From Neophaeotheca triangularis (lineage: Eukaryota), in assembly GCA_054600435.1 (NCBI GenBank), contig BAAIJX010000024.1:62001-126000 (forward strand): a DNA stretch of 64,000 nucleotides. Reading direction: 5' to 3'. The notes beneath the pieces are model-generated. The model had not been told where the DNA came from. It worked only from the letters and a program-made list of their open reading frames with translations, and made no database searches. Of this stretch, positions 11,092 to 25,325 are shown one piece after another. A program made the translations under genes and the position numbers. The first letter of the stretch is position 1. Every line of letters begins with the position of its first letter.

Positions 11092-13600
11092 AGTATTGTA
11101 TGGGAAGGTGGTGTGTCGTATGGATGAAGTAAATAGGGAGGTGGTTGGGATTTTTGGGAGGAACTTGAAAAAAGTAGCTTACGACTGTATCTTATGACCT
11201 ACAGCGCATTCCACGCTTCAATACAAAGCAATCATCTTTTGCAACACCATCCTTGGCGCATCTCCTGTTCAACCTCGATGTTGTTGCTCTCTTGTCGAAT
11301 TTAGCAAATTGATCGCTTTGCAACTGTGGGAGGGACGGTTTCTCCAGCGTCTTGAGTCCTTAAGAAACAACTAGCCGATCTTGAATCTGACGTGGACGAT
11401 CTTTACACTGTCATTTATTCCGACCTTTCTGCATTATATGGAATGTGATTTGGATCTCACGAGATGTAGTAAATGTAGTAAGCTTGGCGTTGTTAGGGTC
11501 AGAGTTTGGGACTGCCGGCGGAACTGCAGGTAGTTTGCTACCTCCTGTTGTTCGACAACTTCTACACGAGCTTCTAGTCGTCTCCCGAGATTCCTCTAGA
11601 CCGTGTGTATTGAATCTATCATCAACGCAAACGACCCAACTATCTGGGTGGTTGAACTACGCGCCCACGCCTACGGGCTCCAAATCCGGCGCTATCAATT
11701 GCGGGTGGCTCACGATTTGTGGATAGTGACTTGCCGGAGTCGTGACCAGACCAAGCTTCGCGACGATAATTACAATAAAAGCTGTACTAGTAGCCCTACC
11801 CGGAAGAAGCAACACGTGTATTAAATGTTTCGTGTTGAATAACAATTTTCAGCAGCAGCGCGGTACTGCTCGAGTGGCGTCGGTCTAGATAGGCTTGGCC
11901 TTCCAACGGCGTGGCGAGGCGAACCACAGGTCACTCGGTGCTGACAATAATGATCATCACAATAATGTAGCTGCACTTCTTACCGAAAGCCCCTTCACAT
12001 GTTTTGCGTGCACAACAATTTGATATAGGGAAGGCGAGGCAGCACGACGTCGGCAGGCAGCACAACATCGCTAACCGGCCTGCTGCTTTTAGCCATGGAA
12101 GTGTCAATAGGAGAGGAAGCGCCAACATAACACAGGAAGGCTAGCGTCACTGGCCACTGAGCCTTGAATTGCGCATGTTCCAATCTTCAGATGCTTACCC
12201 ACTACCTAGGTCTAAAGGTATCCTTTCGATAAGGCAGTAGGGCTAGACAATCGGGGAGACGGACTGCTCGGGATACCTTAAAAGTGCTGGTCAGGGATAG
12301 AGTTCACGGTGAACCATGTTATGAGCGCCCAATCATCTCATCTAGTTGGACAAACGTACATATAGTGTGAAATGAGGGCAAGCCGTAGAAGGCCCTTCGT
12401 CTCCCGCCAGTAATTCCAGATGCCCTACTCTTTCCAAGCTGCGCGGTGCGGTACAGCACTCAACCAAGGTGTGCATCGGATTCGGCAGCAACAATTCATT
12501 GGCGAGTATGTATTTGAATGGGTACCCGCCTTTACGCCAAGGGGGGGCGCAGATCTAGGGTTGTGAAGCAATAGTATAAGGAAAAAGTGACAAAGGAAGG
12601 AATTAAGGGGCGCAAGTAGCTTTGCAAAAGTGCATCATGACGACGCTCTTTGACATCGATATACTTTTTCGACCAAGCATACGGGGAGTAGTGCCTTGCG
12701 AAGCATCTTCACACTCACTAGGTTACCAGTGCCTTGGGTCGATGCGCGATCCGACTTGCTCTCCAAGATTGCTTTGCCCAAGCATTCATCCCGTTCCTGG
12801 TTCCCATTGCTTCGAGCGCTTTTACTCTCTTGACCACATCAACATCATCTTCCCTTTCTCGTCTACGCCCCATACACGAAGTCTGATGCTCCAACACGTC
12901 GAGAGATGCCAATCGTGTCTTGGAGTAGTCGCCGCTAAGAAAGATGGTCGAAATCCGTGCTGCACCGCATTGAACCAACTCTAAAACCGAAACCGTGGAC
13001 GCCAACACAGCATGCTTATCAACATGCTAACCGGAAGGAAGGGAGAGTTCAGTGGATAGGAGTAAGAGGCTCTGGTGTTCGACAACGACCCAACGCCGGT
13101 GACAGCCGGGTCCTTCCCGCTCTTTAAATCAACCTCACCCCTTCGCGTGACACCATCACCATCAATTCTTGGAACCCTCGTCCCAGCAACATCTTCGGGG
13201 ATTGTTGCTTTGGGAATCTAGCGGCTGCTAGCCTCGTTCGATCCATCCAGACTCTGCAGACGGTCCCGAGTTTCCCTGAGCCATCACCTGGAGGGCACCC
13301 TCTAGGCACCCATTCAGTTCCTTCGCGGAACCGACCTGACATGGAACCGTACATTGACCTCGTCACCAGGTGGTCCCCTTTCATCGAGACTTGTGTACTT
13401 TGACCGCGCGTGATCTGGCCATTGGCATCGTCCAGAAAGATGACCCGAGCCTTGGAAGCCGGCCGACCATGGCCGAGCAGACGTCAACGATAGAGCGAAC
13501 AATTATCATACCACGACATGGAACATCAAGACAATGGCCATCGGTGGAAGTCGCATAGAAAAATTTATTGGGTGGCATCCGACAAAGGACTCGAGTATTG

Positions 13601-14867
13601 TTACCGCCTCCGTCGCCGACCGACTGCGAAATACCTATCAATTGGTTAACGATACCACAGTGGAAAGAGCGTGAGCGTACACACTTACCCGTTAATGTAC
13701 AGTTTAAGGCTTGGATCAGCCAATTGGGTACGAGCGCCGCTGATGAGGTCGGCGTACTGCTGGGGATCCATACCGGCGACTCGAAGGAAAGTCCACAGAG
13801 AGTAAGATTCGAGCAGGCCGTTCATCAAATGGAGCATCGATGCACCTATCTCCACAGCATCTGCAATCGGTCGTCAGTCGGTCCAACATCTACGTGATAA
13901 TTTACAATACCTACCTTGTTTCCAGGTCCCAATAGGCAGATCAAATATTTCCGAGCGGACTGCTTCGAAATCGTGCTCAGCCATGAGTGCATGCAAACGA
14001 CTACCAATGCGCGACTCTTTGTTCATTCTGGACATCGCGACATCATACCATTCAGACCACCTTCGCAAAGGTGAGTCGTCCGGAATGGAATTGTTGTTCG
14101 ATTGGAACAGCATTCTCAACTCGAGCATCTGGAGCCAACCGCCGGGTTCGAGTAGCTTTTTCAGTTCGCCAACGTACGGACTCCATCGATCTCTGTTGAT
14201 GCCTTCAGCGAGGAGACGACTATTGATCAGATGGAACGATTCCGGTCGCAAGTGCTGGGGTCTTTTGTCTTGACGAAAGGGTGCGTTCAAATTCCACCTC
14301 TTCTTGATGAAATATTCCTCGGTACTTTCGTCGGCCTCTGCTTCATCCTCGTCTTCTCCATCGCTTACGAAGATATCGACGCCGGTAACCTGGTGTTTGG
14401 TCGCAATCAGCCTTGTGAGCTCGCTCTCGATGTCCATTTCGCTTACGTGGGCAGCGTTCTGGTACCCGGCGAACACTTTGCATCCTCGGAAGATTGTACA
14501 TACCAGACAATGACTGAGACCTTCGAGCAGAACGTCTATCCATGCCCCTCCACCATAGCCGCAGTCGAGTACAGCGGGCTCCTCGACGTCTCGGGGAGGG
14601 AATCCAGTAGCGAGAACGACTCTGCCCAAGCGGGCTCTAAGAACACGGGTAAGCAGTGATTCCTGGGCTCTTTCTTCCTATCGAATGTCAGTACCAGAAC
14701 TTATTTGGGGCATGGTATCCAGGCGAAGCATCAATAGTTCAGGTGAGAAGTACCTCGTCCACAGGCACGCAGTAAACGTTGTTGCGAAGTGCAAACGAAG
14801 CGAACTCGCGATTCTGGAAACGAACGACCTGATCGCCCGATGGCTGTGGCACCGGAGGACTCGACAT
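13601..14867 (-). CDS. SAM-dependent methyltransferase (TAM/LaeA-like fungal family), 5 exons
   Basis: Exon 1 MSSPPVPQ...NNVYCVPVDE. Motif I VLDCGYGGGAWI, then VTGVDI, FHLINSRLLAEGI, KLLEPGGWLQMLE, LPIGTW. Last exon YFAVGRRRRR* (TAA at 13601). Canonical introns, including 14390-14503. Confidence 0.85.
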
Positions 14868-17800
14868 CACCGCAAGATCAGCGTCTCACAGCAGAATGCA
14901 GTGAGCAAATGGCGGAACGCTATTGCAACTCCACTCTCGATGGTCAGAAACGAAGTTTCGAAAGATTGCAAAAGACTTTCGCAAACTCGACGAGGGTGTT
15001 TAGAAGGCTTCCGTGATGTTGCATAAGGAGAAGATTGATGGGCTACTGATTCGTAAAGGCTAGAGGCTCCACTAGGTCTGGAGACGAAAACCTTCCTTAA
15101 TGGTTTGATCGGAGCCTCTATTCATACGTCAGCCTGCCCGTATGCATGCTCTTAAGCCCAAAAGCCAGCTCAGTGCCGACGAGTTTCATTGGGTGTTCGC
15201 GCCGTCACCCTGGAGCACTTAAGTATACCTACCTACAGCTAAACCCCCCTTAGTGGGACTGAGAAGCTCGTCATTGCCCGAGAACGGTCAAGAGCACCCT
15301 TCCTTCCATCCACCAGACGAGCAGAATAAGTATGAAGAGACTTTCTTTACTTTCACTCTCCCCCTGAAACACCGTCCCAAGGTAAGGGCACAGTACGGAT
15401 CATTACCAGTAGAACGGATCAGCTTGGAAGCCCGAGAGAATGGTAACGGGGCGGGTCGCAAAGTACTCAGTTAGACGGCGTGAATTGACAACGTGATCCA
15501 TGCAATCTACCGTTCGCAGAGAGACGATGGAGTAAACACTCACAACACTCCCTCGCTACTTCTCACCGAAACTGGACTCAAGAGGCCAGTCTCGCTCGAG
15601 CTTCTACCTCACCGCCTAGCAGATCGCTATCCCGACTTCTGCGTCACCTTCGACGACTGGTATCCAGCCGAACTTCCCCGTCCACCTCTGCTGCGCTTGT
15701 GATTGGCGAGCAGCTGAATCCTCTCAAGCACATGCATCAGCGGCACAAAGTCTTGACACAGATGGCTGCCTCGTGGCGTGTGTCGTTGCGCCTCAGCTTT
15801 CACGTTTAACCAGATGTTCCTTGACGCCACGAGGAAGCTATACTGCGGCATCTTGACCAGATACCAGGATACCGTGGAGCTGTAGGTTAGTTGGAGGGCC
15901 AATGGAGAGCGACGTGAGCGGCTTTGGTGATTCATGATTTGGGAAGTCAAAGACGCACCAAAACCCTTTCTCTCTCGTTTACCCTGGATTCACCGAAAAT
16001 GCAGGCCACAGCACCGTCGTCATTGTGCATTTGGCTAGCCCGGAACGAACAATGCTCTAGAAGGTCCTTGAGCAGGAGAGCTTGACCAATAAATAGACCT
16101 TCAGCCAGCGAATACACAGAGCGGCTAGAGCGGAATCGCTCCAAATAGTTGTGTTTCCGCACACCAGCCGCCCTCATGTCAAAGATAATGAAGCTCTTGC
16201 GTATGCGACGAGGCGTCACATGTCACCACAGACGAACGTTGCAGCAGCAGCAGGACTTGTCTGGACATCCAGCCGGTTCTCCAGCAACCATCCGGCAGCG
16301 CCATGCCAATGGCCGCGGGCTGCCGGCGACATGGCCTTTGCCGAAACTCAGGCTGCTGAAGTGTGAAAGTGTGATTACGAATAAGATTATTAACATGTAG
16401 TAGCTCGCGAGGTGGAAGCGATCGGCACTTGACTTGCGGTCTTGCACCTTTCGACTCAGCTTTCATTATATGGCGGGAGCGGCTCGTTCGCATGGTCGCC
16501 CGCCGTGACCATATTATCGGGTCGAATTGACTTTGACTGAACCACAGTAGAGGCAGTAGCCAGTAGCCACGACTAGGACCACCACTCCCTGACAATAATG
16601 CAGCCCAGTTGGCAAGATTACGGAGCTTGGGGAGCGCTGGCAGACGTTGCTTCAGAGCGCAAGGGTCGACTGGTCAAGACTCAAGCGCATACACAAGCCG
16701 AGCAAGTCCGTACCCGGGCAATAACAGCCGACATGAACCAACGCTCGACCTGCAACCAAAGCGATTTTTGTGAACAACAAACAGTAATGATGCGGTGACG
16801 CGGTCCCACTGTCACCGTGAAAGCGGATCAGTTTCACGATCCCAACACTCCGGTCCGGGTGCCTGCACCTTAGAAGAGTTGACACTACTACTACTACCTA
16901 GGAGGTACTGACTACAGCGAGTTCTGCTGCGGTTCTTCACCGACCCCTTGGGTTAGTAGAAGGCAGAGACTACTACTACTACAGGTACCCTTCCAGAAAG
17001 CACGGCGCATGGCTCCGCTGGACTCTGCAGACTGCACTGTATTCCTCTTATGTCTGGATATTGGACAGCGATGAGCACAAGCATGAGCATGAGCATTTGC
17101 AATTGCGAGCTGCCAGCTTCTACTCCATGTCGAGTACGTTAACGTGCATCATTTACTTATTAACTTTCCCTTACCCGAGCTCTATCGGCAAGCAAAGGGA
17201 AATTATCCTGCTTTGTGCTAAGCCTGTTCATTCAATAAAAGAGGAATGTCAGCTAAGGTTTATTGATGTTTGCCTTTAGTCCGCAGCATGCTAGTATAGT
17301 ACTACCAGTACTAGCGTTATTTGGGGGGCTTCTTGGGGGGCTTCTTGGGGGGCTTTGCCTCAATATGGTCCATGCGGAAGAAGAATTACAAGAGGTATCT
17401 CGCAGCGAGCAGACTGCATGCAACCATCTCATCTATTGCAGGCTGAAGCAAGCTATCCGGTTCCGCCGTCTCCAACAAGTGCCGTCGGCATCCCGTTCTG
17501 CTACCTCCTATACCTATCTCCATTGCTAGACTGCTGCATCTTGACGACGTGAGCAAGGAAGGGAGGTTGATCGCAACTGACAGCAAAGTCTCTCTATCAT
17601 AGAGATTCAAGTCCTCGGGAGCCTCTCCGCTGATGACGCCTCTCCTGAATCACTCATTACTAGCTAAAGTCTAGCAGATGCCAGATCGTGGACTACTCGG
17701 GCCACAGCGATCAACGGCGGTGATCCAACCACGTGCAAAGCAGGATGACCCCGGTCGGACAAAACTAGCAATCTTTCTTTCTTAGCGACCCGGCAACAAC

Positions 17801-19848
17801 CAAACCTCGATCTCGCTTCTGCCCAGTCTTATTAGGCTTTTAGATGCCGAGGACAACTACAGCCAGATAAACGAAGCTTGCTATCCTCGACTGACGCAGG
17901 ATAGTAGCTGTGCAATGCCAATCCTCTCGTTGACCGGACGCGCTACTAGCCTCTTCGACACAACGATCGCTTCCTTCGTCGAGCCAGGAGCCTCGGCTCT
18001 CGCAAGGGTTGTACTTGGGCTGAGTTCGCGGGTCCCTTTGACCGACGCTGTTAACAGTATGATTGTGGTTCTGTCCAGCTGATCTGAAACAAGGGAGATC
18101 TCGGTGCTTGCCACCTAGAACTGCTGAGAGGATTTAAAATCCCGTATCGCCGCTTCAATCCTTATGAAGAGTTGTCTCATTCCTTCGGTGCGTTTTGCTT
18201 GCCATTGCCTCCTGCCACGCGCGTTTCTTGTTTATGTCAAGGGAGGCGGCCAAACAAGCCCGCTTCAGTAATACTTCATATCCGTGCTTGGTCTTCGCTA
18301 TATTGGGTCTTGTCTTCGAAGGAGACAACACTTTGTCCTGTCCGAAGAGGGCTACAATAGTGCTTGAGTGGGATCTGTAGAGAGTATCGCTGGAGTGCTG
18401 TTGTTCCCATTTGGAAAGACAGAAAGATGGCACGGCTTCTTTCGCTCGATGAAGTGTCAACGGTGCAGGCTCAAACGTTGTGATCGACGATAACACCTAT
18501 GTGTCAGCTATAGCGGGGAGACGTGCGCCACTAGAAGTTAAGAGCCAGTCAGTAAACTGCTGTCCAAATGTACAAGCTTGTCTGACGGATAGTGCGCCTT
18601 TGACAGATTGACTCCGTCTGTACCTCAACAAGACTGCCGCCCTAGCGTGGATTTTTGTGTCAACACCAGCTGCGCTACGGTCGAGACTGGCCAGTGATGA
18701 CTAGACAATGCCTACGAGAAACCCCATAAGATCTTTTGTTCATTGGTAGTACTAATGACTAGACAGATGCGGTGGGATTGAGAGTCACGTGCCAGCTTCC
18801 TTCCTATTACCTTTTGCTCTAAAGCTTAGGTAGCTTCTAATAGCAGAACAGATGCCATGTCTGCTGTTCACAAAGGCACCGTACCCATCCCTGGCTAACT
18901 CAAAAATGTCAATGAATTCCTACAATCAGATGCTATTCTTGTCTTTAGTCCATGACCACGATCTATGGAAGTCATCAACGGCCGACCTGTTATACATAGT
19001 CAGTCGACGGCACGCTCATGGACACCATCGACCAGACACCTTTGAAGCCAAGTGCCTTCAACGGACGGCAGGATGGGCGGTGACAAGAGCAAAGGCGTTA
19101 TCTGCGGTGGTCACTTACCAGACTTTGGTGCAATTGCAGCAGCTAGAGAGAGTTGTTAGTAGAGACCCCCTCCCCTACTCGGCAACGTCTTCGGGCAGTA
19201 ATGGAGCACACGGAATGATGCAACAGATAGAATCGAGTAGGAACAGCAACGGTTGTAACCTTTTAAGGCGCCAATCTGACCATTGGAGTGGATATGGGTC
19301 ATGGATAGCAACTGCCGGGAAACGTGCTCGACTCTGTTGTTAGGAACATTGAGAGCCGTGTAGGTGAGTGAGGCTCATTGCAATCGTGATGGTCATTACC
19401 AAGCTGTCCTAATTAAACTCCCTTACGCCTGTCAAGTCCACTAGGGATAGATAGAAAGATTCTTCGCCGCCAATTTCCAAGAATTCGCAGTCTTCCCCTT
19501 CTCAAACAGCGCGGAGCTGTTCCATCCTTGCTTGTACTTTCAAATTGGTGTTCGGGGTATCTCACTAGCTGGCCTCCCGACCTAAAAGTGCCTTTTCCCA
19601 GGTGCACGGCTGTATGGCCTGCCTCTTAGTACTTTACGAGAGTGTGGCTATGGCGGCCGCAATGGTCTTCTGACGGCGACGTTCTGTCACACAGCAAAGT
19701 CAGCATGTTGGCTCTCAAAAACGCGGGTCAAACATCAAAAGACAATGCAGCTTTCGAACTTCTCTTGCAACCAAATATCAGCAGAGAACAAATATCCAGG
19801 GAAGGAGCAAACCCACCGTTCAAAGCCAATTGAGGTAGGTGAAACAGA

Positions 19849-21473
19849 TCAATGCGTAGACCGAACCAAAGCCATCCTACCTTTCCGGTCCTTTTCCACC
19901 CTCACCACGTTCCTCGGCGGGCTCCTCTCGCGTACTTCCTCGTAGACTGGCCGGCGGTCCCTGTATTCAACCAGCTGGAACTCATCTTCAGGTCGCTCAC
20001 GGACCCTCAAAGCCATGTCGCGGCGGTCCTCCGCCTCGCGTTCGAGTCGCAGAGCGCGCTGTTCGGCTTCCAGAGCTCGAATTTCTGCCTGGATGTCTCT
20101 GTCGCTGCGCTGTTCGCGATCAGGTGCAACGAGCGCCGTGTTCTGGTTATGTAGACGCGATCGCTCCTCGTACAAGCGGTCGATGCGCTCTTCGTAGACG
20201 GGTCGCGGTGGACTGGAGGGGCGCCGCGAGCTGCGGCTGCGACGCGTCGCCATGCTTGCTGCTGGTGACGGAGCGCGGACGCTGCGAGCGGGCGCGACGG
20301 ATGGTGGGTTAATCCATTCGGTGCGGAGAGCTTCGTAGTGTTCAGCCGGCGGCTCCGGGGGTGGTGGAGGAGGTGCCTCGTCCACCTTCTCTTCGTAACG
20401 GTAGACCTTTCGCTCTGATGGCTTTGCGTTAGCGGCACAAGTGCTTGCTTATGTACCATGGGAGAATCCTTACCTGTCTCTTTGTAGGTCTCAGAGATAC
20501 GGATCACTTCATCAATGTGTTCCTTCTCCAGTGCCCTCCTCACAACAAGAAAGTCATCCTCTTCCTCAAAGGGATAGCCAAGATCAATGATTGCCTGCTT
20601 TTTGACCAGTCTCTTCGGCATTCTTGTCTTGCCCTTCTTGCCAATCTTCCTCTCCGGGCTGCTGTGCCTGCTGACTTCCTCAAAGCTGGAGCTGCTGCTA
20701 GACCGACGGCTACTCTTGTGGCTCTTCGCGCCGCCTCGGTGCCGATGAATGTCTCGCTCGCGGAAAATTTCGGTCTCGCGGTAGCCTTCAGGTTGAGCAT
20801 CGCGGTAGCGCACCTGCTCGTAATCGTCGTCAGGTCCACCATAGCGGCTGCGAGGTGGGGGTGGAGGATCAGCTCTACGAATGGGCAGAGGCACAGGCGT
20901 ATAGGCGGGCATTCGATAATCATCCCTCTCGCGCTCCTCGTAGCGCCCTGTTGGCCTGCGATCAAACGTATTAAGACTACTTTGACGTCTCAGCAGTTGG
21001 CCTGGGCGTGGTGGAGGCGGCTGAGGCTCTCCACGGTTGATATCAATGTCGATGTCGATATCACGATTGATGCTCTTGCGACGGTGCGGAACCATGGCCA
21101 TGTTGGCGAGCTCTCGAGGATCTTCTTCGCCAAAGAGTTCACGATCGGTGCGCCGACGCTGACCACCCACATATTGACTCCTGTCAGGGCCGCCGTAGCG
21201 CCTGTCGTCTTCGTAGAAACGGTCGTGCTCCTGGAAGCCTCGAGGGCCTCTGCTCCTTTCGCGGTCCATGACTTGGACGTCACGCCTTCCCGGGCGGTCT
21301 CGCTCAGCGAAATGGTAATCTTCTTCATAGCCGCGGCCTCCCATTGGAGGCATAGGTGGTGGACCGCCGCCTCGGCCGAACTGCTCGAAACGGTCGCGAT
21401 CCCATCTTTGAGGACTGTCGCCGTATGCTAAATCGTCAGCTGACGAGCGGAATCCGCCACCATACCGGGACAT
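19849..21473 (-). CDS. Conserved fungal Arg/Glu/Pro-rich protein of unknown function, 2 exons
   Basis: The 488-aa ORF joins the 178-aa ORF via intron 20415-20473 (GTAAGG...GCTAAC...CAG). Ordered block KGKTRMPKRLVKKQAIIDLGYPFEEEDDFLVVRRALEKEHIDEVI; C-terminus RVEKDRKGRMALV. Confidence 0.8.
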
Positions 21474-21884
21474 AATGGGCTGGTCAAGGTAGATGAGAAG
21501 GGACGGAAGTCGAGCTGGCGGTCAAGCTGCGGAGAAGAATGTGGGCGCGCGTTGAAACAGGGGTCAATGTGTTCCGTCGTAGTCGGTAAAGACAAGCGGG
21601 CCGCTTCAAAGACGCACGAGAGGCGGTGATGCAGCGGGCTGTAGTGAAGTATGAAGAGGTAGGAAGACGAAAGGAAGAAGGGTGGAAAAGAGGCAGAGAG
21701 TCAAAGCAAGCTGAGGCCTGTGTGTGGGTGAGTGGAGGAGGTACTACTGTAGGTAGGTAGCCGTAGCGTACAGTAGGTACCGTACTGTACCTAGCGATGG
21801 GATGTCTCAGTACGTCAGAATGGTCTGGGCACTCTGTTGGTGGGGCTGCGACTTCGAGCAAGCACAGCTGCACAGGTATGTAGG

Positions 21885-21922
21885 TACACTACACTACCTA
21901 ACTTACACTACACTACCTAACT
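21885..21922. repeat. Perfect tandem duplication 2 x 19 bp (tacactacactacctaact)
   Basis: Read directly from the sequence; lies in a TAGGTA/TACCTA-rich intergenic patch. Confidence 0.9.
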
Positions 21923-22242
21923 TCGGCTGCTCCGAAGCAAGTCTCCCCAAGAAGTCTGAGTGCACTCTAGGGCTCTGCAAAACCGGGCACGCAGTGGCTG
22001 GTATTGTAGATGCATAATGAAACCGAATGGTTGTTGCACGGCCTGTTGTCTTTTTGGGCACCAAGGGCGCGAACAGACCGTTTGTGACGTACAAACTACC
22101 GGGATCAGGGTGGTATCACAAAGTACTCTGGGAAAACGCCAGCGCTCCTCCACACAAGACACATCATTCCCGCCATGCATTCCAAAGACCATACTGCGCT
22201 CTGCCGGCTTTACATAAGGCGTGAGTGAACATTGCACATTTC

Positions 22243-24815
22243 CTAGAAGCTGAGCAGGTCGCCCTCCCCGTTTTGCGCGTGTACGCTCGGCTGCACCACC
22301 CCCAGCGGTTGATGCGCATTCACCACATATCTCTGCTCTGCGGTCGGAGCTGCAGACGGGCTGCCTGCGAATCCGTCGTCGTTCAAACTCATGCCGCCTA
22401 TCCCGCCGGATCCCATGGAGGCGAAGAGTGCGTCCGCCTCGTTCAGCACGCCCGGACCGCCGTTGGCAGCACTTCCGTTCCTAAGTCCAGCAGCAGTGGC
22501 AGGTACCGCTGGGTTGTGGGTGTGAGCTAGGCGAACGCTTTCCTGAGCTTGCCATGTAGGAAGCTGTTTCTTTTGCAGAGCGGGGGATTCTTGTAACCGT
22601 CGCGGCCGCGCAGATCGAAACACGGTGTGGACAGGCTTCAGGTACACAGTTGCCAGCGTACCAACAGCAAGACACATTTCCTCCAACGTCGTGGGATCCA
22701 GTTTCTCGGGGTCTGCGTTGATCGGTGGCTTCTCACCCATGACGATACCTTTTGCTGCAGCAGGATTCGAAGACAGCAGACGCCAGTACATGTAACCTCG
22801 GTCGCGAAGGTCGGGGTTATCTGTGTCTTCTGTTGCCCATTTGAGTACCTTTGGAACCAGCTCTTGGCCTTTGGTAGGCCGTTGAATAAACAGTTTCACC
22901 GTCGCAGTAAGCAGGGCCAGTTGCACGTCGTGCGGCTCGTCTGACCAGCTGTCCAGGAAGTCTTCGAGCAGGACCTCGGAGTTCTCGATTCGATCTGCGT
23001 ATTGCCCGATAACCCAGATCATGGCGGCCTTGGCTTCAGGCTCATCCAGCGAGTCCAAATTCTCACAAAGCGTGCTGATGATGCTTTCATACTGGTTCGG
23101 ATATTTGCGGAAGATGTTTTTGATGACCACTGTCGCCTCCTGGACAATGTAGCTGACCTTGGTCGCCACCAGTTCCAGTAGCGTGCTAATACACAGCTTA
23201 GCTGCCGGCTCGATCTTGATTGCAAGCTTGCCGATAGCTCGCACGGCCTTGCGGACGAAATGAACATCAATCTCGGTGGCATACTCGCGCAGCTCGGTGA
23301 GAACCTCCTTGATGTTTTTCTCGGAGGCTAGCATGTAGATGAGCTCCAATTTCGTGACTTTGACGTAGATTGGGTCATTGTATTTGCAAAAGAACACCCG
23401 GATATCGTTGCGCAGAACTTCCGGTCTTCTTTGCAGGATAAGCAAAGCGTTCCGTAGCGCCAAGTATTGAATCTCCGGGCCTTTGCTTAACAGCGTGACC
23501 AGCGGCGGGCTTAGCTTTGTGCATAGCAGCGCAATCGTTTTCTCCGAATCGATGTAATTCATCAGGTACAAGATGACGCGGATGCAAGTCAAAACTACGG
23601 CGCTGTTTGTGTGAGATAGTCGAGGCGTAATGCGCTCGGCTAAGAAGGCGGCTTCGGAAGTGTCATGCGGGACGTAGGCCATGAGAGCTTCGAGAATGTA
23701 CGTTTGACCCCATTCTGAGCAGTCAGGCAGGATCTGGACAATTTTGCTCGCGCTTGCGTAGTCGATTGTGAGCTTTATGCTTTCGCTGCGCTCCCAAATG
23801 TCCATCAGCGCAGCCAGTGCCGATGAGACCACGGTGGGATTCTCGTCCCGCAGCATCAAGTTGAGCCTATCGATGAGATCGCTTCCTTCGACCAGCTGCT
23901 TATCGTGGTCGTAGAGCTTGGCGACACAGAAAGCAGCCGTTTTCCGAACGTATGGGTCCGGGTCCTTGAGGGATATTTTGAGTGGTGACAATGTAGCTTC
24001 GACAAATTGTCGGACGTGGATGTAGGAAAGTGTCCGAAGGGCCAAGGCACGCATTAGCGGGCTCGAGTCGTCGAGGTCCTGTTCGTACGTTAGGGGAAGG
24101 TGGCTCGTGTAGACAAGTTCAGGATTCACGCACGTTGACCAGAATCGGCAGAGCCTTGAGTGCTACCTCTGGCTTCATCCGAGCGTAGTTGACAAGGTAA
24201 AGGAAGCACCTGACCGTAAAATGTCAGTCTTGTCCCCCTTTGACCTCAGCAGCTTCCCTTCTGAGACCCACATCTTTTTGATCTCCAAACTCGGTATTCC
24301 CATACACTCGACGATGTCTGGGAACAAGCTGATCATGTCATTATTACTCATGGTCATGTTTGCAACAATCTTCTTGAGCGCAATCTTCTTTGTTGAGTAA
24401 TTCCTGTCCTTCTTGCCGCCACTGCTGTTGAGTTCGAGGCGTAGCTCCGCAACCTTGCCCTGCGGTGTAGGATTCACGAGTAAGTTTCTGTACGATGGAG
24501 GGACTCCCATATAAGGAGAAACGATGAGGCTCGCTGGCATAAACATAGTGGTGTTTGCGCTACCCCGAGGTGGTTGGGGTTGATTGAAGAGCAGGGACAT
24601 TATTCTGGCTGGCAACAGCAGCAATCGTTTCGCGTAGGTATCACAACGAGTGGCTTTGCCTCGGAGGTCGCCCAGTCCAGGGTCGCGAGGGACAGCAGCT
24701 TCCTAAGGTGTCCCGAAAGCCTGGGCGAAAAGGGAAGACTGAAATGCAAGAGAATGTATCTGCGCAGACGTACCCTAGCAAAGAGCTTCGCATCTTGGCC
24801 TCCAGAAGAGCTCAT
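22243..24815 (-). CDS. APL1: AP-2 adaptor complex beta subunit, 4 exons
   Basis: MSSSGGQDAKLFAR|GKVAELRLELNSSGGKKD...KKIVANMTMSNNDM, RALALRTLSYI, DPDPYVRKTAAFCVAKLY, FFCKYNDPIYVK, NPDLRDRGYMYWRLL. First intron 24460-24773. Confidence 0.92.
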
Positions 24816-25325
24816 GGTTGTAGTAGAAGCACCCCTCCCGTGCTACCAACACCAGCCCAAACCCTAGCTATTGGTGCACATGCGCCGGCGAAAGATAGTG
24901 CCCTCGTGTCCTATGCTGTAGTGTAGCAGTCTGGCAGAACCGATCGGGTGTCTCGTGATAAGGATGCGGGGTCGTTCTCGGCTTGAGCGTGGCGTCGCTG
25001 CGGCGGGAAAGTATGGAGGAGTCGCGGTGTCTGTATCACGGTAGGGCGAGGTCGAGCTGTCTGTTTTCAGATGCAAGATTAGGAGGTAAGGTAGGTTCTC
25101 AGATGCTTTGAGAGACTCTAAACGCCGGGTGATGTTCGCATCCAATGCTTAGCCAAGGCCCAACAAGAGATAGACTTTCGCCGCCGTCTGGGGATACGCT
25201 ACCGCCTTGGCATCAGCGTGAGATGTTGAACAGGTGAACGTCAGATCAAACGAGATACAGTAAACGCTCGGAAGGGTTGACAAGTCGATCGTGAGCTCAA
25301 AATACCACGACTTCATTCGGGAACC

